A stretch of 64,000 nucleotides of DNA from Lachnospiraceae bacterium UBA7225 (GCA_002473385.1 DKTR01000116.1:6370-70369), one strand, 5' to 3'. Counted from the first letter of the stretch, positions 10,476 to 20,996 are shown. The notes: generated by a model not told the origin, from the sequence alone. Numbers and translations are program-made.

Positions 10476-10492
10476 GTTTGGAGGAAGCTATT

Positions 10493-11947
10493 ATGATGAC
10501 AGGAAAAGAATACATAGAAAGCCTGCGAAAACTGAAAACGGTGGTATACCTTTTTGGGGAAAGGGTAGAAAATTTTGTGGATCATCCGATTATCCGGCCA
10601 TCGATTAACTCGGTAGCGCTGACGTATGATATGGCGCAGGAGCCGGAGTACCGGGAGCTGATGACCGCGGTTTCCAATATAACAGGGGAGCGGATAAACC
10701 GGTTCTGCCATATCCATCAGAGCACGGATGATCTGGTCAGCAAAATAAAAATGCAGAGACTGCTGGGACAGAAGACCGGGTCCTGCTTTCAGCGCTGCGT
10801 GGGGATGGATGCATTTAATGCCATTTATTCTACGACCTATGAAATCGATGAAAAATATCATACCCAGTACCATGAACGTTTCCGCAAATATATGGAATAT
10901 GTACAGAAAAATGATCTGACAGTTGACGGGGCGATGACGGATCCGAAGGGTAACCGGAAGCTGTCGCCCAGTGAGCAGAAGGACCCGGATTTGTATGTCC
11001 ATATTGTAGAGAAGCGGGAGGACGGCATTATCGTTACGGGCGCCAAGGCGCATCAGACCGGGGCAGTTAATTCTCATGAGCAGCTTATTATGCCGACGAC
11101 GGCGATGAAGGAAAAGGATAAGGCGTACGCTGTTTCCTTTGCCGTTCCTTCTGATGCTGAGGGTGTTCTGATGATTTACGGCAGACAGTCCTGCGATACG
11201 AGAAAGCTTGAAGAGACGACGATGGACTGCGGAAACTGCATGTACGGCGGACAGGAAGCGCTGGTAGTGTTTGACCGGGTGTTTGTTCCCTGGGAGAGAG
11301 TGTTTATGTGCGAAGAGTATGACTTTTCCGGTATGCTGGTGGAGCGGTTTGCGGGCTATCACAGACAGAGCTACGGCGGCTGCAAGGTCGGTGTGGGCGA
11401 CGTGCTGATCGGCGCGGCGGCAACAGCGGCGGAATATAACGGCGTGGAGGGCGCTTCCCACATTAAGGATAAGCTGATTGAGATGGTACATTTGAATGAA
11501 ACGCTGTATTGCTGTGGCATTGCCTGCTCGGCGCAGGGCCGGGAGACGAAGGCGGGAAATTACCAGATTGACACGCTTCTTGCAAATGTCTGCAAGCAGA
11601 ATGTAACACGCTTCCCCTATGAAATATCAAGGCTGGCGGAGGATATCGCCGGAGGACTTATGGTTACCATGCCCTCTGAGAAGGACTTTCATTCACCGGA
11701 GATCGGGCATATCTGCCGGAAATATTTCCAGGGAGACGAACGGGTGGATACGATGGACCGGATGAGAATTCTCAGGCTGATCGAGAACATGACTCTGGGG
11801 ACAGCGGCTGTCGGGTATCGTACCGAATCTATGCATGGAGCAGGCAGTCCGCAGGCACAGCGCATTATCATTGGAAGACAGGGCAAAATTGCAGAGAAAA
11901 AGGAACTGGCAAAGAAATTAGCCGGGATTAACGGACAGTCAGATTAA
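10493..11947 (+). CDS. abfD: 4-hydroxybutyryl-CoA dehydratase/vinylacetyl-CoA isomerase
   Basis: [4Fe-4S] ligand motifs CFQRCVGMD and [10 protein letters not shown], plus AHQTG and [13 protein letters not shown]. Confidence 0.93.
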   Translation: MMTGKEYIESLRKLKTVVYLFGERVENFVDHPIIRPSINSVALTYDMAQEPEYRELMTAVSNITGERINRFCHIHQSTDDLVSKIKMQRLLGQKTGSCFQRCVGMDAFNAIYSTTYEIDEKYHTQYHERFRKYMEYVQKNDLTVDGAMTDPKGNRKLSPSEQKDPDLYVHIVEKREDGIIVTGAKAHQTGAVNSHEQLIMPTTAMKEKDKAYAVSFAVPSDAEGVLMIYGRQSCDTRKLEETTMDCGNCMYGGQEALVVFDRVFVPWERVFMCEEYDFSGMLVERFAGYHRQSYGGCKVGVGDVLIGAAATAAEYNGVEGASHIKDKLIEMVHLNETLYCCGIACSAQGRETKAGNYQIDTLLANVCKQNVTRFPYEISRLAEDIAGGLMVTMPSEKDFHSPEIGHICRKYFQGDERVDTMDRMRILRLIENMTLGTAAVGYRTESMHGAGSPQAQRIIIGRQGKIAEKKELAKKLAGINGQSD

Positions 11948-11964
11948 TTTTGGAGGCGCAGGAA

Positions 11965-13149
11965 ATGAAGAATGTGGTCATTGCAAGTGCATGCAGAACC
12001 CCGATCGGTGTGATGGGAGGAAGCCTGTGCAGTGTTCCGGCTGCAGAACTGGGAGCAATTGTTATTGAAGAGGCATTAAAGCGGGCAGACATAAGCGGCG
12101 ATATGGTGGACCAGGTATATATGGGTTGTGTCATTCAGGCAGGTCAGGGACAGAATGTTGCCCGGCAGGCTGCCATCAGGGCCGGGCTGCCGGTAAATGT
12201 GCCCGCCGTTACCATGAATGTAGTGTGCGGTTCTGGATTGAATTGTGTGAACCAGGCTGCCGATATGATTCTGGCAGGAGATGCTGATATCGTGGTGGCG
12301 GGCGGAATGGAAAACATGTCGATGGCGCCGTATGCTGTCATGAATGGCAGATATGGCTACCGTCTGGGAAATGCAGACCTGGTGGATACCATGGTGAATG
12401 ATGCGCTGACGGATGCTTTTTATCAATACCATATGGGAATTACAGCGGAAAATATCGTCGATAAATGGCATATTACGAGAAATGAGCAGGATGAATTTGC
12501 CGTCTGGAGTCAGGAAAAGGCGTATGCCGCACAGGCGAAGGGCATTTTTGACGAGGAAATTGTGCCTGTTCCGGTGAAAAAGAAAAAAGAGACTATTCTC
12601 TTTGAGCGGGATGAGGCGATACGCCCGGGCACAACGGTAGCAGGAATAGAGCGGCTGCGCCCTGCTTTTAAGGAGGGCGGAACGGTGACGGCTGCAAATT
12701 CATCAGGAATAAACGATGGAGCAGCGGCTGTGGTTCTTATGAGTGGGGAGAAGGCAGAAGAGCTGGGTTTAAAGCCGATGGCTTACTGGAAATGCGGTGC
12801 GCTGGCGGGAGTGGACCCGGCAATCATGGGAATCGGACCGGTAGAGGCCACGAAAAAGATCATGGAAAAAACCGGGCTTGCGATAGAGGACTTTGATCTG
12901 ATTGAAGCCAATGAAGCATTTGCGGCCCAGGCCATAGCGGTTGGAAGAGAGCTGCAGATTCCGATGGAAAAGCTGAATGTCAACGGAGGCGCGATCGCGC
13001 TGGGGCATCCGGTGGGAGCGTCAGGGTGCAGAATTCTTGTAACACTGCTTTATGAAATGAAAAGAAGAAATGCAAAATGCGGACTGGCAACACTTTGCAT
13101 TGGCGGAGGTATGGGATGCGCGAGCGTAGTAGCGAGAGCAGAGGGATGA
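11965..13149 (+). CDS. thlA: Acetyl-CoA acetyltransferase (thiolase)
   Basis: [21 protein letters not shown]. Confidence 0.96.
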   Translation: MKNVVIASACRTPIGVMGGSLCSVPAAELGAIVIEEALKRADISGDMVDQVYMGCVIQAGQGQNVARQAAIRAGLPVNVPAVTMNVVCGSGLNCVNQAADMILAGDADIVVAGGMENMSMAPYAVMNGRYGYRLGNADLVDTMVNDALTDAFYQYHMGITAENIVDKWHITRNEQDEFAVWSQEKAYAAQAKGIFDEEIVPVPVKKKKETILFERDEAIRPGTTVAGIERLRPAFKEGGTVTAANSSGINDGAAAVVLMSGEKAEELGLKPMAYWKCGALAGVDPAIMGIGPVEATKKIMEKTGLAIEDFDLIEANEAFAAQAIAVGRELQIPMEKLNVNGGAIALGHPVGASGCRILVTLLYEMKRRNAKCGLATLCIGGGMGCASVVARAEG

Positions 13150-13904
13150 CAGATACCGTCTGCTACAGGGAAGAAAATCAGATCGGCATTGTTCAGATTA
13201 ACCGTCTGGCAGCGCTGAATGCATTGAATACACAGGTATTGGCGGAACTGGAGGTTCTTTTTGAGCAGATAGAGCAGGGCAGTGCGAAGTGTATCCTGCT
13301 GACCGGAGCGGGCAGCAGAGCATTTGCGGCGGGAGCGGACATACAGGAGATGAACGAGTTTACCGTGCAGGAGGCAGTTGATTTCAGCACGCTGGGAAAC
13401 CGTGTGTTTCAAAAGATTGAGCGGTGTCCGGTACCGGTCATTGCTGTGGTAAACGGCTATGCGCTGGGCGGAGGATGTGAACTGGCAATGAGCTGCGACT
13501 TTATCCTGTGTTCGGAAACGGCAGTATTTGCACAGCCGGAAACGGGACTGGGGATCATACCGGGATTTGGCGGAACGCAGCGCCTGGTAAGGCTGGTCGG
13601 TCTGGCAAAGGCAAAAGAGCTGATCTATACAGGCAGACGGATGGATGCTGCGGAGGCATACCGGGCGGGGCTAGTTTTAGCAGTTTACCCTCAGGAGCAA
13701 CTGATGGAACAGGCAATTTCCGTGGCGGAAAGAATCTGCGCAAATGGAAGTACAGCTATCAGAAAAAGCAAGGAGGCTATTCACGCAGAGCTGGATCAGT
13801 GGATGGAAGAAGGAAGCGCTCAAGAAGCGATTTCGTTCGGCGCCTGCTTTGCGGACAGCGATCAGCGAAGACGGATGGCGGACTTCCTAAATAAGAAGCG
13901 ATAG
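13146..13904 (+). CDS. crt: Enoyl-CoA hydratase (crotonase)
   Basis: [33 protein letters not shown]; start at ATGA overlap with thiolase stop. Confidence 0.93.
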   Translation: MTDTVCYREENQIGIVQINRLAALNALNTQVLAELEVLFEQIEQGSAKCILLTGAGSRAFAAGADIQEMNEFTVQEAVDFSTLGNRVFQKIERCPVPVIAVVNGYALGGGCELAMSCDFILCSETAVFAQPETGLGIIPGFGGTQRLVRLVGLAKAKELIYTGRRMDAAEAYRAGLVLAVYPQEQLMEQAISVAERICANGSTAIRKSKEAIHAELDQWMEEGSAQEAISFGACFADSDQRRRMADFLNKKR

Positions 13905-13920
13905 CTTACAGGAGGGCAAT

Positions 13921-14754
13921 ATGAAGGTTGGAATTATCGGAGCGGGTACCATGGGGCGCGGGATTGCGCAGGTATTCGCCCGGAATGAGAAATATGAGGT
14001 AATTCTTTGTGATATAAATCTGGATTTGGCTAACCTGGGAAAGACTGCGATAGCCGCAGAACTGGAAAAAAATATAAATAAAAAGAAAATCGGAACTGAA
14101 GAAGCAGAGCATATGTTACAGCGTATTTTTCCCGGTGAAATAGATGACTGCGCAGCGTGTGACCTCGTCCTGGAGGCGGCGGCAGAAAATATGGAGGTAA
14201 AAAAAGCAGCATTTTCCAGGCTGGATAGTCTCTGCAAAACGGATTGTATCTTTGCAACAAATACCTCGTCCCTGTCAATTACGGAAATAGGCTCCGGAAT
14301 CACGCACGATGTGATCGGAATGCATTTTTTTAATCCGGCACCGGTCATGAAGCTGGTAGAGGTAATTGCCGGGATGGACACACATCCGGAAACAGTAAAA
14401 AAGGTCGTGGAGATTGCAGAAGAAATCGGAAAAGTGCCGGTAGAAGTGACTGAATCGGCAGGCTTTGTCGTGAACCGCCTGCTGATCCCCATGATTAATG
14501 AGGCGGTTGGAATTCTTGTGGAAGGAACCGCCACGCCGGAAAACATCGATCTGGCAATGAAGCTTGGCGCAAATCATCCCATCGGTCCTCTTGCTCTGGG
14601 GGACCTGATCGGGCTGGACGTAGTTCTTGCTATTATGGAAATCCTCCAAAATGAAACTGGTGATACAAAATATCGCCCCCATCCCTATCTGAAAAAGATG
14701 GTAAGAGCCAAAAAACTGGGGAGAAAAACGGGACAGGGATTTTACCGGTATTAA
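13921..14754 (+). CDS. hbd: 3-hydroxybutyryl-CoA dehydrogenase
   Basis: GAGTMG, NTSSLSIT, GMHFFNPAP, GANHPIGP, GRKTG.GFY. Confidence 0.95.
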   Translation: MKVGIIGAGTMGRGIAQVFARNEKYEVILCDINLDLANLGKTAIAAELEKNINKKKIGTEEAEHMLQRIFPGEIDDCAACDLVLEAAAENMEVKKAAFSRLDSLCKTDCIFATNTSSLSITEIGSGITHDVIGMHFFNPAPVMKLVEVIAGMDTHPETVKKVVEIAEEIGKVPVEVTESAGFVVNRLLIPMINEAVGILVEGTATPENIDLAMKLGANHPIGPLALGDLIGLDVVLAIMEILQNETGDTKYRPHPYLKKMVRAKKLGRKTGQGFYRY

Positions 14755-14757
14755 AAC

Positions 14758-15002
14758 CTGCACCTGGCCTCATATTTGCGGCTGGTCTGGTGCATGTATC
14801 ATCGGTTTCCATAAGCAAACAGTTGGAAGATTTTTGCAGTTTTGCGAGCATAGCGACAGCTTTCGGAGCTTGTCTGAGCCTGCAATGCAGGCGAGTTAGC
14901 GGAGAAAGCTGTCAATAGGCGGCGCAGCAAAACAAAAAAGCGACATGTTTGCGTTGAAACCGATGGATACTGCATCAGACATCAAAAATGTACCTGGTGC
15001 AG
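14758..15002. repeat. ~245-bp imperfect inverted repeat (long hairpin; MITE/REPIN-like or structured RNA)
   Basis: Nested arms CTGCACC/GGTGCAG, ATCGGTTTC/GAAACCGAT, GCAAACA/TGTTTGC, GACAGCTTTC/GAAAGCTGTC, apex GCCTGC-AAT-GCAGGC. Confidence 0.85.
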
Positions 15003-15016
15003 ATTATATTTATATA

Positions 15017-16105
15017 TTATCTTTTAATATCGTAATTCATATTCATCAGGTTGCGGATGGTGGAAACATCATCCGTAATGTTTGCGTCGCCGCGTATGGT
15101 GTGCTTGATAGCGCTGCTTGCAACGGCGAAATTTACCATGTCCATTGGCTTATAGCCATGCATCATGGCATAAATGAGACCGCTTGCAAAGGCATCGCCG
15201 CCGCCCACGCGGTCGAGGATATTGAAGGTGAAAAGCTTACTTTCAAAGGTATGACCCTCGTACCACATATAGGCTTTCAGGCTGTTTTCGCTTCCGCTGT
15301 GTGCATAGCGCACATGGCGGGCAATGCATTTCAGATTCGGGTAGCGCTCGATAAATTTCTGGAAAATCTCATCCTGCTGTTCGTAGCTCGGCTGCAGAGG
15401 GATACCGTCCTTTACGTCGCCCTTGCTGTGGTCATTTTCGTCGCGCCACAGATGGTAGGGCTCTATACCGAGAAGAACGTCAACATAGGGGAGACATTCT
15501 GTACAGTAGTCGCGCGCATCCTCCCAGGTCCAGAGCTTGCTGCGGAAGTTGCCGTCGAAGCTGACTGTGATGCCCTTTTCTCTGGCAACCTTCAGGCAAT
15601 CCATGATGAGCCTGCGGCAGTTTGGTGCAAGCGCCGGGGTGATGCCGCTTAAGTGGAGCCAGGTGAAGCCGTCCAGAAGCTCATTAAGGTCAATGGTAGT
15701 AAAATCAAATTCGGTGATGGCGCTGTTTTTGCGGTCATAGATCACCTTGCTTGCACGGATGCCGTAGCCGGTTTCCAGATAGTAGCTGCCGAGACGGTGC
15801 GTCGGCGTCTGCTGAGGGGTGCTCAGAATCACCGGTGTACAGTGAACATCATTGCTGCGCAGCATACGGATAGCGCTCTTGCCGAGACTATTGTTCGGAA
15901 CGACGCTGAAAAAAGTGCTGTCCACACCGAGGTTCGCGAGAGCGAGTGCGATGTTTGCTTCGCTGCCGCCGTAGCTTGCCTCAAAACTGGAAGCCATACG
16001 GATTTTTTCATAGTTCGGCGGTGTCAGCCGGAGCATGATTTCCCCGATAGTAATGAATTTGTTTTCGCTGTCGCTGCCGTGTAATAATGGATTGTGGTGC
16101 TGCAT
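15017..16105 (-). CDS. PfkB-family sugar kinase (2-keto-3-deoxygluconate kinase-like)
   Basis: GEIMLRL, GGSEAN, SGITPAL, D.NFR..LW, DRVGGGDAF; start after GGGAGG RBS. Confidence 0.88.
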   Translation of the reverse strand: MQHHNPLLHGSDSENKFITIGEIMLRLTPPNYEKIRMASSFEASYGGSEANIALALANLGVDSTFFSVVPNNSLGKSAIRMLRSNDVHCTPVILSTPQQTPTHRLGSYYLETGYGIRASKVIYDRKNSAITEFDFTTIDLNELLDGFTWLHLSGITPALAPNCRRLIMDCLKVAREKGITVSFDGNFRSKLWTWEDARDYCTECLPYVDVLLGIEPYHLWRDENDHSKGDVKDGIPLQPSYEQQDEIFQKFIERYPNLKCIARHVRYAHSGSENSLKAYMWYEGHTFESKLFTFNILDRVGGGDAFASGLIYAMMHGYKPMDMVNFAVASSAIKHTIRGDANITDDVSTIRNLMNMNYDIKR

Positions 16106-16124
16106 AAACCCCCTCCCTTCATTG

Positions 16125-19100
16125 TTAATGCTTGTCGTGAATTTCACTGTGCAGCTCCTGCAGGGATTTCACCTCGCTGCCCTCATGGGTTTTCAGATAG
16201 TGAATGCCGCTGGCAGTTGCTTTTGCCGCTGCGATGGTGGTCATGTACGGAATCTTTGCCTTGATCGCTGCCTTGCGCAGATAGCTGTCGTCGTGTACGG
16301 AATCCTTGCCAACCGGGGAATTGACGATCAGGTCGATTTTTCCGTTCGTAATCATATCCAGCACGTTCGGGCGCCCTTCGTACAGCTTCTTTACCTTTGT
16401 GACCGCAATGCCTGCCTGGGTAATGAGGTCACAGGTGTTGCCGGTAGCAACGATATTGAAGCCGTTGTCGGCAAACTTGCGGGCAACCTCCACGACCTCT
16501 TCCTTGTCCTTGCGGTTGACGGAAATCAGCACGGTGCCTTCGAGCGGAAGCTTCTGCTGCGCTGCTTCCTGTGCTTTGTAGAACGCCTCGCCGTAGGAGC
16601 GGGAGAGACCAAGCACTTCGCCGGTAGAGCGCATTTCCGGTCCGAGAATCGGGTCAACCTCCTGGAACATGTTGAATGGGAAGACTGCTTCCTTTACACC
16701 ATAGTTCGGTATTTCCTGTTCCTTCAGAGCTGGTACGGGCGACGGGCGGCCGGTCAGCTCCGAGGTAATGATATCTGTCGCAATCGGCACCATGCGGATA
16801 TTGCAGACCTTTGAAACCAGCGGTACCGTGCGGGATGCGCGCGGGTTTGCCTCCAGTACATACACCTTGCCCTTCTCGATGGCATACTGCATGTTCATCA
16901 GACCCTTTACATGCATTTCCTCAGCAATTTTTCGCGTATATTCCTTGATGGTTTCCACATTTTCCGCCGGGATATGCACAGACGGAATAATGCAGGCAGA
17001 ATCACCGGAGTGTACGCCGGCAAGCTCGATATGCTCCATTACAGCCGGGACAAAGGCATGCGTGCCGTCGCTGATCGCATCTGCCTCGCACTCTGTTGCA
17101 TGATTGAGGAAGCGGTCGATCAGAATCGGACGGTCCGGTGTCACACCAACAGCCGCCTTCATATATTCTGTCATGCTTTCGTCGTCGTAAACAACTTCCA
17201 TGCCGCGTCCGCCAAGTACGTAGGAAGGACGTACCATTACCGGGTAGCCGATCTGCTTTGCGATCTCCAGAGCTTCCTGCACGTTGACTGCCATACCGGA
17301 CTCCGGCATCGGAATTTCCAGCTTATCCATCATTTCGCGGAAGAGGTCGCGGTCCTCTGCCAGATCGATAACGGATGGCGAGGTCCCGAGAATCTTTACA
17401 CCATTCTTTTCCAGATCAGCGGCAAGGTTCAGCGGTGTCTGTCCGCCGAACTGCGCGATTACGCCGAGCGGCTTTTCTTTCTTATAAATACTGAGCACAT
17501 CCTCCAGAGTAAGCGGCTCAAAGTAGAGCTTGTCTGATGTGTCGTAATCTGTAGATACTGTTTCCGGGTTGCAGTTTACGATGATTGTCCCGAAACCGAG
17601 CTTTTTCAGTGCCAGTGCCGCATGGACGCAGCAATAATCGAACTCGATACCTTGTCCGATACGGTTTGGACCGCCTCCGAGAATCATGATCTTTGGTCTG
17701 TCTTCTTTTACCGGGTTTTTGTCCGGCGCATTGTAGGTAGAATAGTAGTAAGCGCTGTCCTGTGTGCCACTTACATGGACACCCTCCCACGCCTCTTCCA
17801 CACCGAGACTGATGCGGCGGCTGCGGATATCTTCTTCCGGGATTTCCAGAAGCTGGCTTAAATATTTATCGGAGAAGCCGTCTTTCTTTGCAGTGATCAG
17901 CAGTTCGTCGGGCAGCATGGAGCCTTTATGTGTAAGAATCTGTTCTTCTTCCTCCACAAGCTCACGCATCTGGTCGATAAAGTAGGCCTTTACTTTGGTC
18001 AGCTCGAAAATTTCTTCGGTAGTCGCACCCTTGCGCAGCGCTTCATACATAATAAAGTGGCGCTCGCTGGACGGAGTGATCAGGAGCTTTAACAGCTCTT
18101 CTTTACTGAGCTGGTCGAAATTTTTCGCGTGACCGAGACCGTAGCGGCCGGTCTCGAGGCTCCGGATTGCCTTCTGGAACGCTTCCTTATAGGTTTTCCC
18201 GATGCTCATGACCTCGCCGACAGCGCGCATCTGTGTGCCGAGCTTGTCCTCCACGCCTTTGAATTTTTCAAATGCCCAGCGCGCAAATTTGATGACCACG
18301 TAATCTCCGTCCGGTACATATTTATCCAGCGTACCGTATTTTCCGCAGGGGATGTCCTTTAAAGTGAGACCGGCGGCGAGCATGGCGGATACCAGAGCGA
18401 TCGGAAAGCCGGTTGCCTTGGAGGCAAGCGCTGAGGAACGCGAGGTACGCGGGTTAATTTCGATGACAATGATGCGGTCGCTGACCGGATCGTGCGCAAA
18501 CTGTACGTTAGTACCGCCGATTACCTGAACGGATTCCACGATCTTATATGCCTGCTCCTGCAGGCGCTTCTGACATTCTTCAGAAATGGTAAGCATCGGA
18601 GCAGAGCAGAAGGAGTCGCCTGTGTGGACACCAAGTGGATCAATATTTTCAATGAAGCAGACAGTGATCATGTTGTTGTCGGCATCGCGGACAACCTCCA
18701 GCTCCAGCTCTTCCCAGCCGAGAATGGATTCTTCGACGAGGACCTGTCCGACAAGGCTTGCCTGCAGACCCCTTGCACAGACGGTTTTCAGTTCCTCGCG
18801 GTTGTAGACAAGACCGCCGCCGGCACCGCCCATCGTGTATGCCGGACGCAGTACGACCGGATAGCCGAGATTTTCTGCGATGGCAAGTGCTTCGTCCACC
18901 GTGTATGCCACTTCACTGCGCGCCATCTCGATGCCGAGCGCATTCATGGCTTTTTTAAATTCGATGCGGTCCTCGCCGCGTTCGATGGCATCCACCTGCA
19001 CGCCGATTACCTTTACGTTGTATTTGTCTAAAATGCCTGCCTTGTATAATTCGGCACAAAGATTCAGACCGGACTGCCCGCCGAGATTCGGAAGCAGTGC

Positions 19101-19352
19101 GTCGGGTCGTTCCTTCTGGATGATCTGTTCCAGGCGTTCTACGTTCAGCGGTTCAATGTAGGTGACGTCTGCGGTCTCGGGATCGGTCATGATAGTGGCA
19201 GGGTTGGAATTGACAAGCACAATCTCATAGCCGAGTTTTTTCAGCGCTTTGCACGCCTGTGTGCCGGAATAGTCGAATTCACATGCCTGCCCGATGACGA
19301 TCGGACCGGAGCCAATGATGAGTACTTTGTGAATATCTGTTCGTTTAGGCAT
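16125..19352 (-). CDS. carB: Carbamoyl-phosphate synthase large subunit
   Basis: IGSGPIVIGQACEFDYSG, two ATP-grasp halves, C-terminal MGS-like domain. Confidence 0.98.
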   Translation of the reverse strand: MPKRTDIHKVLIIGSGPIVIGQACEFDYSGTQACKALKKLGYEIVLVNSNPATIMTDPETADVTYIEPLNVERLEQIIQKERPDALLPNLGGQSGLNLCAELYKAGILDKYNVKVIGVQVDAIERGEDRIEFKKAMNALGIEMARSEVAYTVDEALAIAENLGYPVVLRPAYTMGGAGGGLVYNREELKTVCARGLQASLVGQVLVEESILGWEELELEVVRDADNNMITVCFIENIDPLGVHTGDSFCSAPMLTISEECQKRLQEQAYKIVESVQVIGGTNVQFAHDPVSDRIIVIEINPRTSRSSALASKATGFPIALVSAMLAAGLTLKDIPCGKYGTLDKYVPDGDYVVIKFARWAFEKFKGVEDKLGTQMRAVGEVMSIGKTYKEAFQKAIRSLETGRYGLGHAKNFDQLSKEELLKLLITPSSERHFIMYEALRKGATTEEIFELTKVKAYFIDQMRELVEEEEQILTHKGSMLPDELLITAKKDGFSDKYLSQLLEIPEEDIRSRRISLGVEEAWEGVHVSGTQDSAYYYSTYNAPDKNPVKEDRPKIMILGGGPNRIGQGIEFDYCCVHAALALKKLGFGTIIVNCNPETVSTDYDTSDKLYFEPLTLEDVLSIYKKEKPLGVIAQFGGQTPLNLAADLEKNGVKILGTSPSVIDLAEDRDLFREMMDKLEIPMPESGMAVNVQEALEIAKQIGYPVMVRPSYVLGGRGMEVVYDDESMTEYMKAAVGVTPDRPILIDRFLNHATECEADAISDGTHAFVPAVMEHIELAGVHSGDSACIIPSVHIPAENVETIKEYTRKIAEEMHVKGLMNMQYAIEKGKVYVLEANPRASRTVPLVSKVCNIRMVPIATDIITSELTGRPSPVPALKEQEIPNYGVKEAVFPFNMFQEVDPILGPEMRSTGEVLGLSRSYGEAFYKAQEAAQQKLPLEGTVLISVNRKDKEEVVEVARKFADNGFNIVATGNTCDLITQAGIAVTKVKKLYEGRPNVLDMITNGKIDLIVNSPVGKDSVHDDSYLRKAAIKAKIPYMTTIAAAKATASGIHYLKTHEGSEVKSLQELHSEIHDKH

Positions 19353-19485
19353 TCATATATCCTCCTGTGAAATAATAACAATTCTTATTCTATTATATAA
19401 AAAATCATTAAAATCACAAGTGCTTTTCGCGGAAAATTTGCGGGAGCGATCCTGCCGGAAGATAAATCCGGGCGGGAAGTCAGCC

Positions 19486-19515
19486 TTGACAGAGGGGGAT
19501 TTCGGAGAGTATAAT
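19486..19515 (+). promoter_or_regulatory. Sigma-A type promoter
   Basis: TTGACA-18-TATAAT. Confidence 0.7.
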
Positions 19516-19556
19516 AATATTAATTAAGAATACAGGGAAAGCAGTGAGAAATAAAA

Positions 19557-20828
19557 ATGAGAAAAATAATCAGATGTCTGTCTGTTCTGGTGATGATGTT
19601 CCTGTTGTGCGGAGCTGTTACACTGGCGGCAGATTATAAACCGGGCAAGGTAACAGGTATAAAAGCGACTAGTGTGGGTGAGACAGGTTTTACTTTGAAA
19701 TGGAAGAAGGTTTCCAAAGCTACCGGATATTATGTTTATCTGGTAAATGGTGCGGGCGCGAAGAAAATTGCTTCCACAAAATCGACATCATATAAAGTCA
19801 GCAAGCTGACTCCGGGTAAAACATATCAGTATAAGGTAGTTGCTTACCGCAAGGTGAAGAAAACCACGTATGTGAGCAACAGCTTTTCGAGTGTGGTGAC
19901 AGTTACACCGAAGCTGAAAAAGCCTGAAAAGCCATCTGGTTTCCGGGTGGGAGTGAATGGCAGCAGGACACTGGAGCTTACCTGGAATAAAGCGGCGAAT
20001 GCCACCGGTTATGAGGTGTTCAGCTATGACAGGAGCAGCGGGAAATATACAAAGGTGAAGACACTTACAGGCAGATCCTGCCAGTTTGGCGGACTCAGGG
20101 TGGGGGAGAAGTATACATATGCGGTGAGAAGCTACCGAAAGGTATCCGGAGTGACCGTGTACAGCGGCTACACTGGTCTGGTATCGGGTGAGCCGGTTAA
20201 GGTTTCTGCAGCCGCAGCGGCTGTACGCACTTTTCGCTATGCCAGGAAAACGAAGAAGAAGGTTACGGTTTACAATTACGATAAGAAAAAGAACCAGACG
20301 CTTGCGGCAGGCACCAGGCTGTATGTGAGCAGTAAGACGACCAGCGGTTATCTGTATGGATATCTTTCGAACGGGCAGAAGGTTAAAATCAAAGCGAGTA
20401 ATTTAAAGAGTGCTTATGGTATTGAGTTTAATCCCGGGGGTGATTATTCGAAGGCTGTGAAGGAGGAATTTGTCAATACCAAAAATCTTAGCAGCCCGAC
20501 AAAATACCTTGTCTGGATCAACCACTATAAGACACGGGTGAATATCTTTAAAGGCTCTGTTGGAAACTGGAAGCTGGTGAAAACCTTTAAGGTGTCCATC
20601 GGAAAAATGGGTTCTCCGCGGGGACTTCGCAAGATTTACGGAAGAACGCGGTGGGGTTATGAGAACCAGCCTATTGTTCAATGGTCGCCGCAAGGAAATT
20701 CTTTTCATTCCATGCTGGGAGCCAGGGCCGGCACAGCGACATCGGGCGGCTGCATACGCTGCTATTCCTCCGATTTGTTCTGGATATACAATAACATACC
20801 AGATAATACAACCGTATATTCCTATTAG
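19557..20828 (+). CDS. Secreted Fn3-repeat protein with C-terminal L,D-transpeptidase (YkuD) domain
   Basis: Signal peptide, two Fn3 repeats (W..V..ATGY), FHS...SGGCIR; very Lys-rich. Confidence 0.8.
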   Translation: MRKIIRCLSVLVMMFLLCGAVTLAADYKPGKVTGIKATSVGETGFTLKWKKVSKATGYYVYLVNGAGAKKIASTKSTSYKVSKLTPGKTYQYKVVAYRKVKKTTYVSNSFSSVVTVTPKLKKPEKPSGFRVGVNGSRTLELTWNKAANATGYEVFSYDRSSGKYTKVKTLTGRSCQFGGLRVGEKYTYAVRSYRKVSGVTVYSGYTGLVSGEPVKVSAAAAAVRTFRYARKTKKKVTVYNYDKKKNQTLAAGTRLYVSSKTTSGYLYGYLSNGQKVKIKASNLKSAYGIEFNPGGDYSKAVKEEFVNTKNLSSPTKYLVWINHYKTRVNIFKGSVGNWKLVKTFKVSIGKMGSPRGLRKIYGRTRWGYENQPIVQWSPQGNSFHSMLGARAGTATSGGCIRCYSSDLFWIYNNIPDNTTVYSY

Positions 20829-20845
20829 AATATAGTAGGATATTG

Positions 20846-20877
20846 TCCCTGCCGGCATTGTGCCGGCGGGGATTTTT
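20846..20877 (+). terminator. Rho-independent terminator
   Basis: TCCCTGCCGGCA-TTG-TGCCGGCGGGGA followed by TTTTT. Confidence 0.85.
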
Positions 20878-20996
20878 ATGTACATTTTTTCGCCAGATTA
20901 CCCCTCAAAGGTACTGTTGCTTTGCGGGAAATCCATTGCCGTACTGCTCACACGGACAAATGTACGTATTGGACATCATTTCATTGCGATATTTCC

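Noticed and set aside
10457-11491. 344-aa antisense ORF (also 22017-23345, 31501-32721, 37057-38220, 40407-41594, 45574-46596)
   Set aside because: Shadow frames opposite well-supported genes; no motifs recognised
5477-14754. Dicarboxylate/4-hydroxybutyrate carbon fixation cycle
   Set aside because: No succinyl-CoA reductase, 4-hydroxybutyrate ligase or PEP carboxylase here; the context is sugar uptake
19380-19420. ArgR box upstream of carB
   Set aside because: Only a partial match in AT-rich sequence; not supportable by eye
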